Shown piece by piece: positions 9,028 through 17,744 of a stretch of DNA of 64,000 nt. The DNA is from Bacillota bacterium (lineage in GTDB: Bacteria > Bacillota > Clostridia > Christensenellales > UBA3700), in the NCBI GenBank assembly GCA_023396095.1, contig JAEWXG010000012.1, positions 189,365-253,364 on the forward strand, read 5' to 3'. The translations under genes and the position numbers were made by a program. Each line of letters starts with the position of its first letter. Position 1 is the first letter of the stretch. The notes under the pieces were generated by a model, which was not told the DNA's origin, made no database searches, and worked only from the letters and a program-made list of their open reading frames with translations.

Positions 9028-11562
9028 ATGATTATAGTGAGGTTCTACGTGAAAAATAAAATAGATATAAATAAAGCATTAGACGAATTAACACTTGAAG
9101 AAAAAGCATCACTTTGTTCTGGCCTTGACTTTTGGCTTACTAAGCCTATAGAAAGACTTGGAATCAAATCATTTCGAATGAGTGATGGGCCACACGGTTT
9201 AAGACGTGAAATCAATGATTTTGAAAATTTAGGAATGAAGAAAAGTCTTCCTGCTACTGCTTTACCACCGGCTGTTAATCTTGCTTCAACATGGGATGAA
9301 AATTTATCCAATGAGTTTGGAAAAATTCTTGCAAAAGAATGTAAAAATCAAGGGGTTCAAATAATTCTAGGCCCAGGAATTAACATTAAAAGATCTCCGC
9401 TTTGTGGTAGAAATTTCGAATACTTATCAGAAGATCCATATCTTTCTGGAAAACTTGCTACTTCATACATTAATGGCTGTCAAAAAGAAGGCGTTGGTGT
9501 TTCCTTAAAACACTTTGCTGCAAATAGCCAAGAATCACGTAGAATGACTATTAATGCACTTGTAGATGAAAGAGCACTAAGAGAAATTTATCTTGCTGCT
9601 TTTGAAACAGCAGTAAAAGAATCTCACCCCGCTACTGTTATGTGTTCATATAATAAGATCAATAATGTTTATTCTTCTGACAATAAAAAACTCCTAACTG
9701 AAATCTTAAGAGATGAATGGGGCTTTGATGGTCTTGTTGTAAGCGACTGGAACGCAACAAATGATAGGGTTGCCGGCATTAAAGCTGGGATGGATCTCGA
9801 AATGCCGAGCTCTAATGGTATAAATGATAAAAAAATTGTAGAAGCTGTAAAAAACGGAAAATTGGACATTGAATCATTAAATATCGTTGTAAAAAGAATT
9901 TTAGAAACATTAAATAATTGCGAAGATATGGACGTTTCAAATGACTTTATACCAGAAAAAGACGAAAGATTATATAATGAAGCGCATGAGTTTGCACGAA
10001 AGATTGCGCGTGAGTCTTTCGTTCTACTAAAAAATAATGAAAATGCCCTACCTCTTTCCAAGAACGATCAAGTTCTTGTTGTAGGTGAATTTGCCGACCA
10101 AATAAGGTATCAGGGTTCTGGAAGTTCTTTAATTAATCCTTATAAACTTGTAAATATTTTAAATGCCTTCAAGGCCAATAATATTAACTTTGATTATGCG
10201 CCAGGTTTTTCTGTATTAAATGATCAAATTGAAGAAAATAAAGAAAACGTCGCCATTGAAAAGGCAAAAACAAGTAAAACAGTAATTTTCACCTTAGGGC
10301 TAACAAACTCATTTGAATCGGAAGGTTTCGACAGAAGTTCTTTGAGTATACCAAAGAATCAAATTTCTTTATTGAAAAAAATATATGCAGTAAATCAAAA
10401 CATCATTGTTCTTTTATTTGGAGGTTCTCCTGTAAATACAGATTGGAGCTTGTATGCAAAATCTATTCTAAATGTTTATCTACCAGGTGAAGCTGCAGGC
10501 GAAGCTATTTTTGATGTTGTCTTTGGAGACTACTCTCCTTCCGGAAAACTTGCAGAAACATACGCAAAACAATTAGAGGATCACTTATCGACTCAATACT
10601 TTGGAATGGGCCCTAATAACTTAGAGTATAGGGAATCAATATTTGTAGGATATAGATACTTTGATTCAGCTCAAAAAGAAGTTGCATTCCCTTTTGGCCA
10701 TGGATTATCATATTCGACTTTCAAATACTCAGATTTAAAAATTTCATCAAAAAATATTAATGATACAGAAACATTAACTGTAACTTTTAAAATAAAAAAT
10801 ACAGGTACATATGATGCATATGAAATTGCGCAATTATATGTTAAAGATATGAACCCAACCATTTTTAAAGCAGACAAAGAATTAAAAGGATTTTCTAAAG
10901 TTTTCTTAAAGAAAGGAGAAACTAAACAGGTTACATTATCTTTAAACAAAAGAAGCTTTGCATATTACTCGACTCAGCTTTCAGACTGGATAGTTTCATC
11001 TGGGGATTATCAAATTTTAGTTGGTTCTTCATCAAGAACTATATTGCTACAAGAAACCGTCAATGTGACATCTTCCAATAAATATTTTAAAGAAAGTCTA
11101 AATAAAGAAATTTTGCACCCTTATTTTAACATCCAACATGCTAAATATATAACAAATGATGCATATATGTCTTTATTAGGTTTCCAAGTTCCAAGTAATC
11201 TTCCTGCAAAGCGCGGAGAAATGACAATGAACTCAACCATTGGCGATTTACAAAATTGCATCATTGGAAAAATTGTAGTTAAATTCGCTCCAGGAATAAT
11301 TAGAAAAAATGTGCCAAACGCGGATTACACCACACTTTTAATGATTCAACAAGGAATGCTTGAAATGCCTTTGAGGGGATTGAATGGTATAACTTCTGGA
11401 CTTATGGATCCAAAATTATTAGATGGTATGTTGTTATTTGCAAACAAAAAAAGGTTAACTGGATTAAATAAAATGTTGTGTGGCGGCATTAAAGTTCTAA
11501 AAAATATTAGAAAAATTAATAAAGAAAATAAGAAAAACAAGAAGAAACAGAAAAAACAATAA
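9028..11562 (+). CDS. bglX: GH3 beta-glucosidase (BglX-like) with a C-terminal extension and Lys-rich tail
   Basis: LTLEEKASLCSG, KHFAANSQE, the nucleophile region GLVVSDW, and a FnIII-like domain. No signal peptide. The start may instead be GTG 9049, preceded by GTGAGG. Confidence 0.9.
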   Translation: MIIVRFYVKNKIDINKALDELTLEEKASLCSGLDFWLTKPIERLGIKSFRMSDGPHGLRREINDFENLGMKKSLPATALPPAVNLASTWDENLSNEFGKILAKECKNQGVQIILGPGINIKRSPLCGRNFEYLSEDPYLSGKLATSYINGCQKEGVGVSLKHFAANSQESRRMTINALVDERALREIYLAAFETAVKESHPATVMCSYNKINNVYSSDNKKLLTEILRDEWGFDGLVVSDWNATNDRVAGIKAGMDLEMPSSNGINDKKIVEAVKNGKLDIESLNIVVKRILETLNNCEDMDVSNDFIPEKDERLYNEAHEFARKIARESFVLLKNNENALPLSKNDQVLVVGEFADQIRYQGSGSSLINPYKLVNILNAFKANNINFDYAPGFSVLNDQIEENKENVAIEKAKTSKTVIFTLGLTNSFESEGFDRSSLSIPKNQISLLKKIYAVNQNIIVLLFGGSPVNTDWSLYAKSILNVYLPGEAAGEAIFDVVFGDYSPSGKLAETYAKQLEDHLSTQYFGMGPNNLEYRESIFVGYRYFDSAQKEVAFPFGHGLSYSTFKYSDLKISSKNINDTETLTVTFKIKNTGTYDAYEIAQLYVKDMNPTIFKADKELKGFSKVFLKKGETKQVTLSLNKRSFAYYSTQLSDWIVSSGDYQILVGSSSRTILLQETVNVTSSNKYFKESLNKEILHPYFNIQHAKYITNDAYMSLLGFQVPSNLPAKRGEMTMNSTIGDLQNCIIGKIVVKFAPGIIRKNVPNADYTTLLMIQQGMLEMPLRGLNGITSGLMDPKLLDGMLLFANKKRLTGLNKMLCGGIKVLKNIRKINKENKKNKKKQKKQ

Positions 11563-11620
11563 TACTTCTAATTTACGTCCAATAAAACTTTATTTTTAAA
11601 AGGAATATTACCCATAATAT

Positions 11621-11649
11621 AAAAAAGGCTTTTTCAAAAGCCTTTTTAT
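11621..11649. terminator. Bidirectional terminator hairpin
   Basis: AAAAGGC (11623..11629) pairs with GCCTTTT (11640..11646). It is flanked by A-runs and T-runs. It lies between convergent bglX and the rubredoxin-like ORF. Confidence 0.55.
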
Positions 11650-11763
11650 TTATTCTTCAACTAGTTCAAATTCTTCTGGGCCCACTCCACATAATGGACA
11701 TTCTGCAGGTGGCTCATCTCCTTCATGAACATAATCACAAACTAAACATCTCCATTTTGCCAT
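11650..11763 (-). CDS. Mini rubredoxin-like CxxC...CxxC protein (37 aa)
   Basis: Below the track size cut-off. My translation is MAKWRCLVCDYVHEGDEPPAECPLCGVGPEEFELVEE*. A strong RBS AGGAGG lies 8 nt upstream and overlaps the perR stop (TAGGAGG). Confidence 0.7.
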   Translation of the reverse strand: MAKWRCLVCDYVHEGDEPPAECPLCGVGPEEFELVEE

Positions 11764-11775
11764 AACTGATACCTC

Positions 11776-12165
11776 CTAAATTTCATTTGCGAGTTTTTTG
11801 CATTCTTCGCATAAACACTTATATACTATAGTATACTCTAAAAATCCTCTATTTAAACACTCTTTCCCAAGCATCTCCAAAATTTCTGGATTAAAATCTA
11901 TATCCATTATTTTCCCACATTTTTTACAAACAACATGTGCATGCGGCATAGTTTTTGCATCATATCTATCCTTACCGTTAACATTTACAATTTTCACTAT
12001 GAGCCCATCTTCTTCTAAAGTTAATAAGTTTCTATATACAGTACCTAAACTAATGTTTGGCAAATCGCGTCTAGCAACACTATATATCCACTCTGCAGTC
12101 GGATGCTCCTTCGTTAGCTTCAAAATATTGTAAATAATTTCTCTTTGTTTTGAATAATTTCTCAT
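11776..12165 (-). CDS. perR: Fur family transcriptional regulator (PerR-like)
   Basis: Winged-helix region ISLGTVYRNLLTLEEDGLI, HAHVVCKKCGK, and a C-terminal CxxC (CLCEEC). Confidence 0.85.
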   Translation of the reverse strand: MRNYSKQREIIYNILKLTKEHPTAEWIYSVARRDLPNISLGTVYRNLLTLEEDGLIVKIVNVNGKDRYDAKTMPHAHVVCKKCGKIMDIDFNPEILEMLGKECLNRGFLEYTIVYKCLCEECKKLANEI

Positions 12166-12181
12166 AGTTACCTTTATTAAG

Positions 12182-12230
12182 TAGTAATAATTACTAAAAT
12201 AATGATATATAATTTATTTGGAAGTGTCAA
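12182..12230 (-). promoter_or_regulatory. perR promoter (TTGACA-17-TATCAT) with a perfect 7-1-7 Fur-family box at the transcription start
   Basis: On the minus strand, -35 TTGACA is at 12230..12225, the spacer is 17 nt, and -10 TATCAT is at 12207..12202. The palindrome TAGTAAT-T-ATTACTA occupies 12196..12182, 17 nt upstream of the perR ATG. Confidence 0.5.
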
Positions 12231-12615
12231 CGCTCACGCCATTTAAACTTGTCCAACGACTTTTAGCATCTGCAAACATTTTTAATAATAGATAGTCGGA
12301 TATAATCGCAAACCAAAAAAGTCTTAAAAATAAAATATAAATTGGCCAATCTCCATAATCCGTTTCAGAATAATGCTTATGATAATTAGCCAACCTATAG
12401 GCAACTGAAAAGCTCCAAATAAACTCGTAAATACCAAATGTTAAAATATTAAGTATTATTTGCAATATTAAGCCGGATGTCTTTTTCCCATCACCAGAAC
12501 AAATTTGATTTGTATATTTAGCAATATTATGTCTTATAAACAAATAATATATGCCAAAAGTCAAGAAAGACAATAAATAAACTATTAATACATTGTATTT
12601 TTTTTCGTTTTTCAT
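12214..12615 (-). CDS. DUF4234-type small membrane protein
   Basis: Repeated TFGIY(Y/E)(L/F) motifs and hydrophobic helices. The track start at 12651 is a TTG inside the terminator U-tail, so ATG 12615 (MKNEKKYNVLIV...) is more likely. Confidence 0.6.
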   Translation of the reverse strand: MKNEKKYNVLIVYLLSFLTFGIYYLFIRHNIAKYTNQICSGDGKKTSGLILQIILNILTFGIYEFIWSFSVAYRLANYHKHYSETDYGDWPIYILFLRLFWFAIISDYLLLKMFADAKSRWTSLNGVSVDTSK

Positions 12616-12651
12616 AATAAAATTATAACATATTTTTTTCTTACAAAACAA

Positions 12652-12788
12652 AACGGCTTATAAAAATAAGCCGTTAAGTTAAATTATATGATAAGGGGGA
12701 AAATTATGAGCGAATTTAATTGAAAGGGCGAACAACAGCTCTAGCTCCTTTCAACACAAAGAATATCATTTATTTTTTTTAATGTCAA
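12652..12788 (-). promoter_or_regulatory. Candidate cis-regulatory leader or small RNA: promoter, then hairpin, then intrinsic terminator, upstream of the DUF4234 gene
   Basis: On the minus strand, TTGACA is at 12788..12783, the spacer is 17 nt, and TGATATTCT ends at 12760. An 8-bp stem, UUGAAAGG paired with CCUUUCAA, spans 12754..12720. A 9-bp terminator stem AACGGCUUA/UAAGCCGUU spans 12675..12652 and is followed by UUGUUUUGU. Confidence 0.35.
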
Positions 12789-12916
12789 CAAAAAAAATAA
12801 AATAATTTAAAATTTTTTAAATATTAAAAAAATATTTTTTTGCACTATACTTACAAGTTTTGTATAAATATTTTTTATTATCTAATAATTGTTCTCATTT
12901 TCATTATTAAATATTA

Positions 12917-14215
12917 CTAATTCACTTTATTTATTGCCTCTTTTATTAAATTGCAAACAGGATCAATGTATTTTTCGTCACTAGCCTCTACCATTATTCG
13001 AATTTTAGGCTCTGTTCCAGATGGTCTCAATACCACTCTACCATTTCCATCTAACATTTTTTCGCCTTCTTTTAATGCATCTTGCACTTCTTTTGCTTTA
13101 ATGCACTCTTTATTTTCCGTCATAACATTAACAATTTTTTGAGGAAACGGAATATATTTTTTATTTACATCCGATACCATCATCCCAATCTCTTTTAATG
13201 ACTTTAGTAGAACGCAAGCTGCATATATTCCATCTCCGGTTTTAACAAGTCCATCTAAAATTATATGCCCTGACTGTTCTCCACCTATAATGTAATTATT
13301 CTTTATCATGCTTTGCTGGATGTATTTATCTCCAACATCCGTTCTTACTAATACTATATTGTTTTTCTTTAATTCCTTTTCTAAACTCATATTTGTCATT
13401 GTTGTACCTACAACAAATCTATTTTTAAGCAATCCTTTTTTATCAAGAGCCATTCCGATAATATATAAAAACGCATCGCCATCAATAACATGATTTTCAT
13501 TATCTACTGCAATTACTCTATCTACATCCCCGTCAAATGAAAACCCAATATCATAATCTTTATTCATCTTTAAATTGTCTATATTAGTTGATCCGCAATC
13601 GACATTAATCATAGCCCCATTATATCCATCACAAATACTATCTACTCTGGCTCCTAATTTTTCAAAGACTTCTTTCGCCAAATGAGAACCGGCACCATAA
13701 CCACAATCAATTTTAATTTTATATCCTTCTAAAGAAAAATTTACTCTTTTAACTAAATAATCAATGAAAATTTCTTTACCATTAATTGCTTCAGACTTCA
13801 TTTCATTATTTTTTTCTTTAATGTCATATGAATCTATTCTCTCTTCAATAAATTCTTCTTCTTTTTCTGTTAATTTATAACCTGACTTGTTGAAAATTTT
13901 AATGCCATTATACTCTGGAGGATTATGAGAAGCACTTATCATAATTCCAAAGTTTGCATTAAATTTTACTGTCATATATGCCAACGCTGGAGTTGGAACT
14001 ACACCAAAATCAATCACTTTACAATTTTTTAAAGTAAAACCTTTAATCAATTCATCCCTAATGTCTTCGCCGGACACTCTAGTATCCCTAGCTATACATA
14101 TTGTTTTCTCTTCATTATCTAATTCTGCAATCGCTAAAGCGACTTTGTAGGCCAAGTCATTTTCAAAAAAAAGTTTTGCTTTATGTCTAATTCCATCTGT
14201 TCCAAAATATTTCAT
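12917..14215 (-). CDS. glmM: Phosphoglucosamine mutase
   Basis: MKYFGTDGIRH, the active-site Ser loop SASHNPPEYNGIK, FDGDVDR, and GGEQSGH. Confidence 0.92.
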   Translation of the reverse strand: MKYFGTDGIRHKAKLFFENDLAYKVALAIAELDNEEKTICIARDTRVSGEDIRDELIKGFTLKNCKVIDFGVVPTPALAYMTVKFNANFGIMISASHNPPEYNGIKIFNKSGYKLTEKEEEFIEERIDSYDIKEKNNEMKSEAINGKEIFIDYLVKRVNFSLEGYKIKIDCGYGAGSHLAKEVFEKLGARVDSICDGYNGAMINVDCGSTNIDNLKMNKDYDIGFSFDGDVDRVIAVDNENHVIDGDAFLYIIGMALDKKGLLKNRFVVGTTMTNMSLEKELKKNNIVLVRTDVGDKYIQQSMIKNNYIIGGEQSGHIILDGLVKTGDGIYAACVLLKSLKEIGMMVSDVNKKYIPFPQKIVNVMTENKECIKAKEVQDALKEGEKMLDGNGRVVLRPSGTEPKIRIMVEASDEKYIDPVCNLIKEAINKVN

Positions 14216-14217
14216 AT

Positions 14218-15120
14218 TTACATTAACTCCTTAATAACAGAATCAGCAGCTATTGCCCCATCAGCACAAGCAGTAATAATTTGTCTCAACTCTTTTTGTA
14301 TTACGTCTCCACAAGCAAAAACTCCTGGTACATTCGTTTTCATATTATGGTCAACTATTATATATTTATCCTCACTTAGTGCAAGGCTGCCTTCTACAAG
14401 TTGTGTTTGTGGAACTTGTCCAATTGCAACAAATATTCCATCAACAGGTATTTCTTTCTCTTCGTGTGTTTTCACTGACTCAATAATCATAGATGATACC
14501 TTACTATCACCCTTAATTTCTTTTATAACAGTACTCCAAAGTATTTCAACATTTGATTCCTTTAGTGAATTAACAAGAACACCGACCGCTCTTAACTCAT
14601 CTCTACGATGAATAAGATATACCTTTCTTGCAAATCTTGTTAAATACAACGCATCCTCAACCGCAGTATTTCCGCCACCCATAACAGCAACTACTTTATC
14701 TTTAAAAAATGCACCGTCACAAGTTGCACAATATGCTACACCTCTCCCTTGATAAGTTAATTCAGATGGAAGCCCAATGTTTCTATTTTTTGCTCCTAAA
14801 GAAATAATCAATTTTTTCCCTTCAACTTGATCTCCGTCAGCTAAAGTCACAATTTTTTTATTAACGTCTATCGATGTTATTTCATTATAAATAAATTCAA
14901 CCCCCAACTCTTCAGCATGTTCTTGCATTTGCATGGCTAAGTCTGGGCCAGAAATATGCTTAATCCCAGGATAATTTTCTATTTCATAAGTGTTTACTAT
15001 TTGCCCCCCAGCAAAAGCTTTTTCAATGATTGCCACACTTAAACCGCCACGTACTGCATATATCCCGGCTGTCATCCCAGATGGCCCACTTCCGCAAATT
15101 ACAACATCATATTTTTTCAT
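14218..15120 (-). CDS. trxB: Thioredoxin-disulfide reductase
   Basis: GSGPSG FAD motif, redox CATCDG, and GGGNTAVEDA NADPH motif. Confidence 0.92.
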   Translation of the reverse strand: MKKYDVVICGSGPSGMTAGIYAVRGGLSVAIIEKAFAGGQIVNTYEIENYPGIKHISGPDLAMQMQEHAEELGVEFIYNEITSIDVNKKIVTLADGDQVEGKKLIISLGAKNRNIGLPSELTYQGRGVAYCATCDGAFFKDKVVAVMGGGNTAVEDALYLTRFARKVYLIHRRDELRAVGVLVNSLKESNVEILWSTVIKEIKGDSKVSSMIIESVKTHEEKEIPVDGIFVAIGQVPQTQLVEGSLALSEDKYIIVDHNMKTNVPGVFACGDVIQKELRQIITACADGAIAADSVIKELM

Positions 15121-15203
15121 TTTTTTATCTCCTTTTGTGGTTTATTAATTTATCCTATTTTTTTATTATATATTAAAACTTAATAAAATATTTGTGACAC
15201 TTT

Positions 15204-15240
15204 ATAAAAAATCGGAAATTCTAAACGAACCTCCGATTTT
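15204..15240 (-). terminator. Terminator after rpsI
   Basis: A 9-bp stem, AAAATCGGA (15208..15216) paired with TCCGATTTT (15232..15240). It is U-rich on the minus strand. Confidence 0.5.
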
Positions 15241-15273
15241 AAAATTGCCTTAATTACTTGTTTTTCAAAAACA

Positions 15274-15687
15274 TTATCTCTTACTGAATTGAGGTGATTT
15301 TCTAGCTTTCTTCAAACCGTACTTCTTTCTCTCTTTTGCTCTTGGATCACGAGTTAAGAAGCCTTCTTGTTTTAACGCACTCTTGCTTGACTCGTCGGCT
15401 AATAGTAAAGCTCTTGCAATACCATGTCTAATAGCACCAGCTTGACCAGTGAAACCTCCGCCAATAACATTTACATAAATATCGTATTTGTTTTCTGCTT
15501 TTAAAACAACTAATGGTTGACGAACAATTAACTTTAAAGTTTCTAAGTCGAAATATTCATCAATAGTTCTTTTATTGATAATAATATTCCCTTCTCCACC
15601 TTCTACTAAACGAACTCTAGCAATTGCCTTCTTTCTTCTACCTGTTGCATCAAATTCTACTTTCTTTACTGTTTTTTTAGCACTCAT
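15274..15687 (-). CDS. rpsI: 30S ribosomal protein S9
   Basis: [10 protein letters not shown]...[19 protein letters not shown]...[12 protein letters not shown]. Confidence 0.97.
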   Translation of the reverse strand: MSAKKTVKKVEFDATGRRKKAIARVRLVEGGEGNIIINKRTIDEYFDLETLKLIVRQPLVVLKAENKYDIYVNVIGGGFTGQAGAIRHGIARALLLADESSKSALKQEGFLTRDPRAKERKKYGLKKARKSPQFSKR

Positions 15688-15698
15688 TTCCTTTCTCC

Positions 15699-16133
15699 TT
15701 ACTTAGTTAATTTTAACTCTATAGGTTGTTGAGCTTGATGATTATGTGTATCACCAGCATATACTTTCAACTTCTTAAACATCTGTCTGCCTAATGAATT
15801 TTTTGGAAGCATACCTTTAACAGCAAGTTTTACAACATCCTCTGAACGCTCTGCCATCATTTTCTTATATTGAATTTTCTTCAAACCACCAATGTAACCT
15901 GTATGATACATATAGTATTTATCAACTAATTTTTTTCCTGTTAATACAATTTTATCGCTGTTAATTACTATAACGTAATCTCCAGTATCAACATTTGGTG
16001 TAAATTCAGGTTTATTTTTACCTCTTAAAATAGCGGCTACTTGACTAGATAAACGTCCTAATACCATATCTGTAGCATCAATAACGTACCATTTTCTATT
16101 AACTTCTTCCGCTTTTGCCATATATGTTTTCAC
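15699..16133 (-). CDS. rplM: 50S ribosomal protein L13 (GTG start)
   Basis: [41 protein letters not shown] lies 7 nt upstream of GTG 16133. Confidence 0.97.
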   Translation of the reverse strand: MKTYMAKAEEVNRKWYVIDATDMVLGRLSSQVAAILRGKNKPEFTPNVDTGDYVIVINSDKIVLTGKKLVDKYYMYHTGYIGGLKKIQYKKMMAERSEDVVKLAVKGMLPKNSLGRQMFKKLKVYAGDTHNHQAQQPIELKLTK

Positions 16134-16468
16134 TTATGAATCCTCCGATTTTAATTTATTTCAATATCTTTGGTCAGGGGCTATCGACCACAAAACATTA
16201 ATAAGCTCCGCTTATGCTTAATAATATTATAATACTGTCATTTTATAGTCAAGCACTTTTAATAAATTGCCAGAGAGTGACTACAATAAACTGCGCTTTT
16301 TCTTACAATATCAATATTAGTTTTGCTTTTTGATGGCGCTCTATCTGTCACTTCATTTAAATCTATTTATACTCCCAGAATTTTATACTGTCACTATATC
16401 TAAACAATTACCAAGAAGGCTTTTAGATTATAACCAAAAATATAAATGTTTTATTTAGCAACAAACAT

Positions 16469-17008
16469 TTAGTTATTCTTTTTAATTAATGAAAAGTAAA
16501 GCAAAAGAAACGCCAAAGTCTTTGCATCCTTAATTTGATTATTAGAAATCATTCTAACTATCTCTTCTTCCTTCAAACAAATAACATTCAAAAATTCTTT
16601 ATCATCTAATTTTTGTTTAACCTGTTCATATTCTTCTACGACATAGCAGTGAATAATTTCAGAGTCGTAAGCTGGTGTTGGATATATTTTGCCAAGGTAT
16701 GATAACTTTTTCACCTTTATGCCAGCCTCTTCCTCCGCCTCTCTTATAGCACATTTTTCAATATCTTCACCCTTCTCAAGTTTGCCGGCAACTAATTCAA
16801 CAATCTCTTCATCAACACCATATCTAAATTGATTAACGAAAAGATACTCGTTTAACTCATTCTTAATAATTACACAAACTCCGCCATTGTGCTCTACTTT
16901 TTCCCTTATAGCAAAACTCCCATCACATAATTTAACTTCGTCTCTATATATGTTGAAAATCTTCCCCTTATAGATATTTTCCCTTTTAATTCTTTCTTCT
17001 TTGAACAT
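16469..17008 (-). CDS. NUDIX hydrolase (ADP-ribose pyrophosphatase-like)
   Basis: Nudix box GKLEKGEDIEKCAIREAEEEAG. The likely start is ATG 17008, in a TAATG overlap with the truA stop and with GGAGG upstream. The track start at 17032 is a GTG. Confidence 0.8.
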   Translation of the reverse strand: MFKEERIKRENIYKGKIFNIYRDEVKLCDGSFAIREKVEHNGGVCVIIKNELNEYLFVNQFRYGVDEEIVELVAGKLEKGEDIEKCAIREAEEEAGIKVKKLSYLGKIYPTPAYDSEIIHCYVVEEYEQVKQKLDDKEFLNVICLKEEEIVRMISNNQIKDAKTLAFLLLYFSLIKKNN

Positions 17009-17742
17009 TAGTAATTTACCTCCAGCAAACACAAACCATTGGCTGGCAATGTTTTGCCTGCTCTATCTCTTTGTCTACTTTCAATGATCCCTAAAATATC
17101 ATTTGGAAATATTTTCCCTATTCCAACTTCAAATAGTGTACCTGCGATAATCCTAACCATATTATATAAAAACCCATCTCCATTAACAGTTATAACAATC
17201 TCTTGCTCCACATTCTTCTCTATTTTAAGATAATTGATAGTTCTTACAGTAGTTTTTGCGCTTGACCCCGTTTTTTGAAAAGCCTTGAAATCATGCGTTC
17301 CTTCAAAATATTTTGCGGCCTCTGTCATAGCGTTAATATCTAGTTTATATGAGGTATTAAAGGCATATAATCTTTTTAATGGATTACGATTTCTTGAAGA
17401 GTAAATAGTATATTTGTATGTTTTATTTTTAGCGTCCTTCATACTGTTAAATTCGTCTTGTACTACAGTTATCTCTTTAATTGAGATATCTTCTGGCAAA
17501 AAATGATTAATTGCTCTTGGTAAAGTTTCTACATTAAAATTTTGTTTCATATTAAAGTCGCACACCTGCCCTAACGCATGAACTCCCGCATCAGTTCTTC
17601 CGGAACCGCGCACCTGAACCTTTTCTCCTGTTAACAGAAAAATAGCATCCTCTATTTTGTTTTGTATAGTATTATTGTTTTTTTGTGACTGAAATCCGTT
17701 ATAATTTGAACCATCATATATAACTATTGCCTTATATTTCAT
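17008..17742 (-). CDS. truA: tRNA pseudouridine(38-40) synthase
   Basis: GSGRTDAGVHALGQV catalytic Asp motif. Synteny ecfA-ecfA-ecfT-truA-rplM-rpsI matches Bacillus. Confidence 0.92.
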   Translation of the reverse strand: MKYKAIVIYDGSNYNGFQSQKNNNTIQNKIEDAIFLLTGEKVQVRGSGRTDAGVHALGQVCDFNMKQNFNVETLPRAINHFLPEDISIKEITVVQDEFNSMKDAKNKTYKYTIYSSRNRNPLKRLYAFNTSYKLDINAMTEAAKYFEGTHDFKAFQKTGSSAKTTVRTINYLKIEKNVEQEIVITVNGDGFLYNMVRIIAGTLFEVGIGKIFPNDILGIIESRQRDRAGKTLPANGLCLLEVNY

Positions 17743-17744
17743 AC

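Noticed and set aside
11460-11562. Lys-rich tail (KINKENKKNKKKQKKQ) and a ~150-aa C-terminal extension on the GH3 beta-glucosidase.
   Set aside because: The tail is probably AT-drift low-complexity sequence, and the extension occurs in some clostridial GH3 enzymes. There is nothing to suggest a separate function from sequence alone.
12700-12760. Possible fluoride (crcB-motif) riboswitch in the DUF4234 leader, suggested by GUUGUUCGCC.
   Set aside because: The remaining conserved elements as I remember them (GGCGAUGG 5' part, AUAAACGC, GCUAAUGACUCCUAC pseudoknot partner) are absent.
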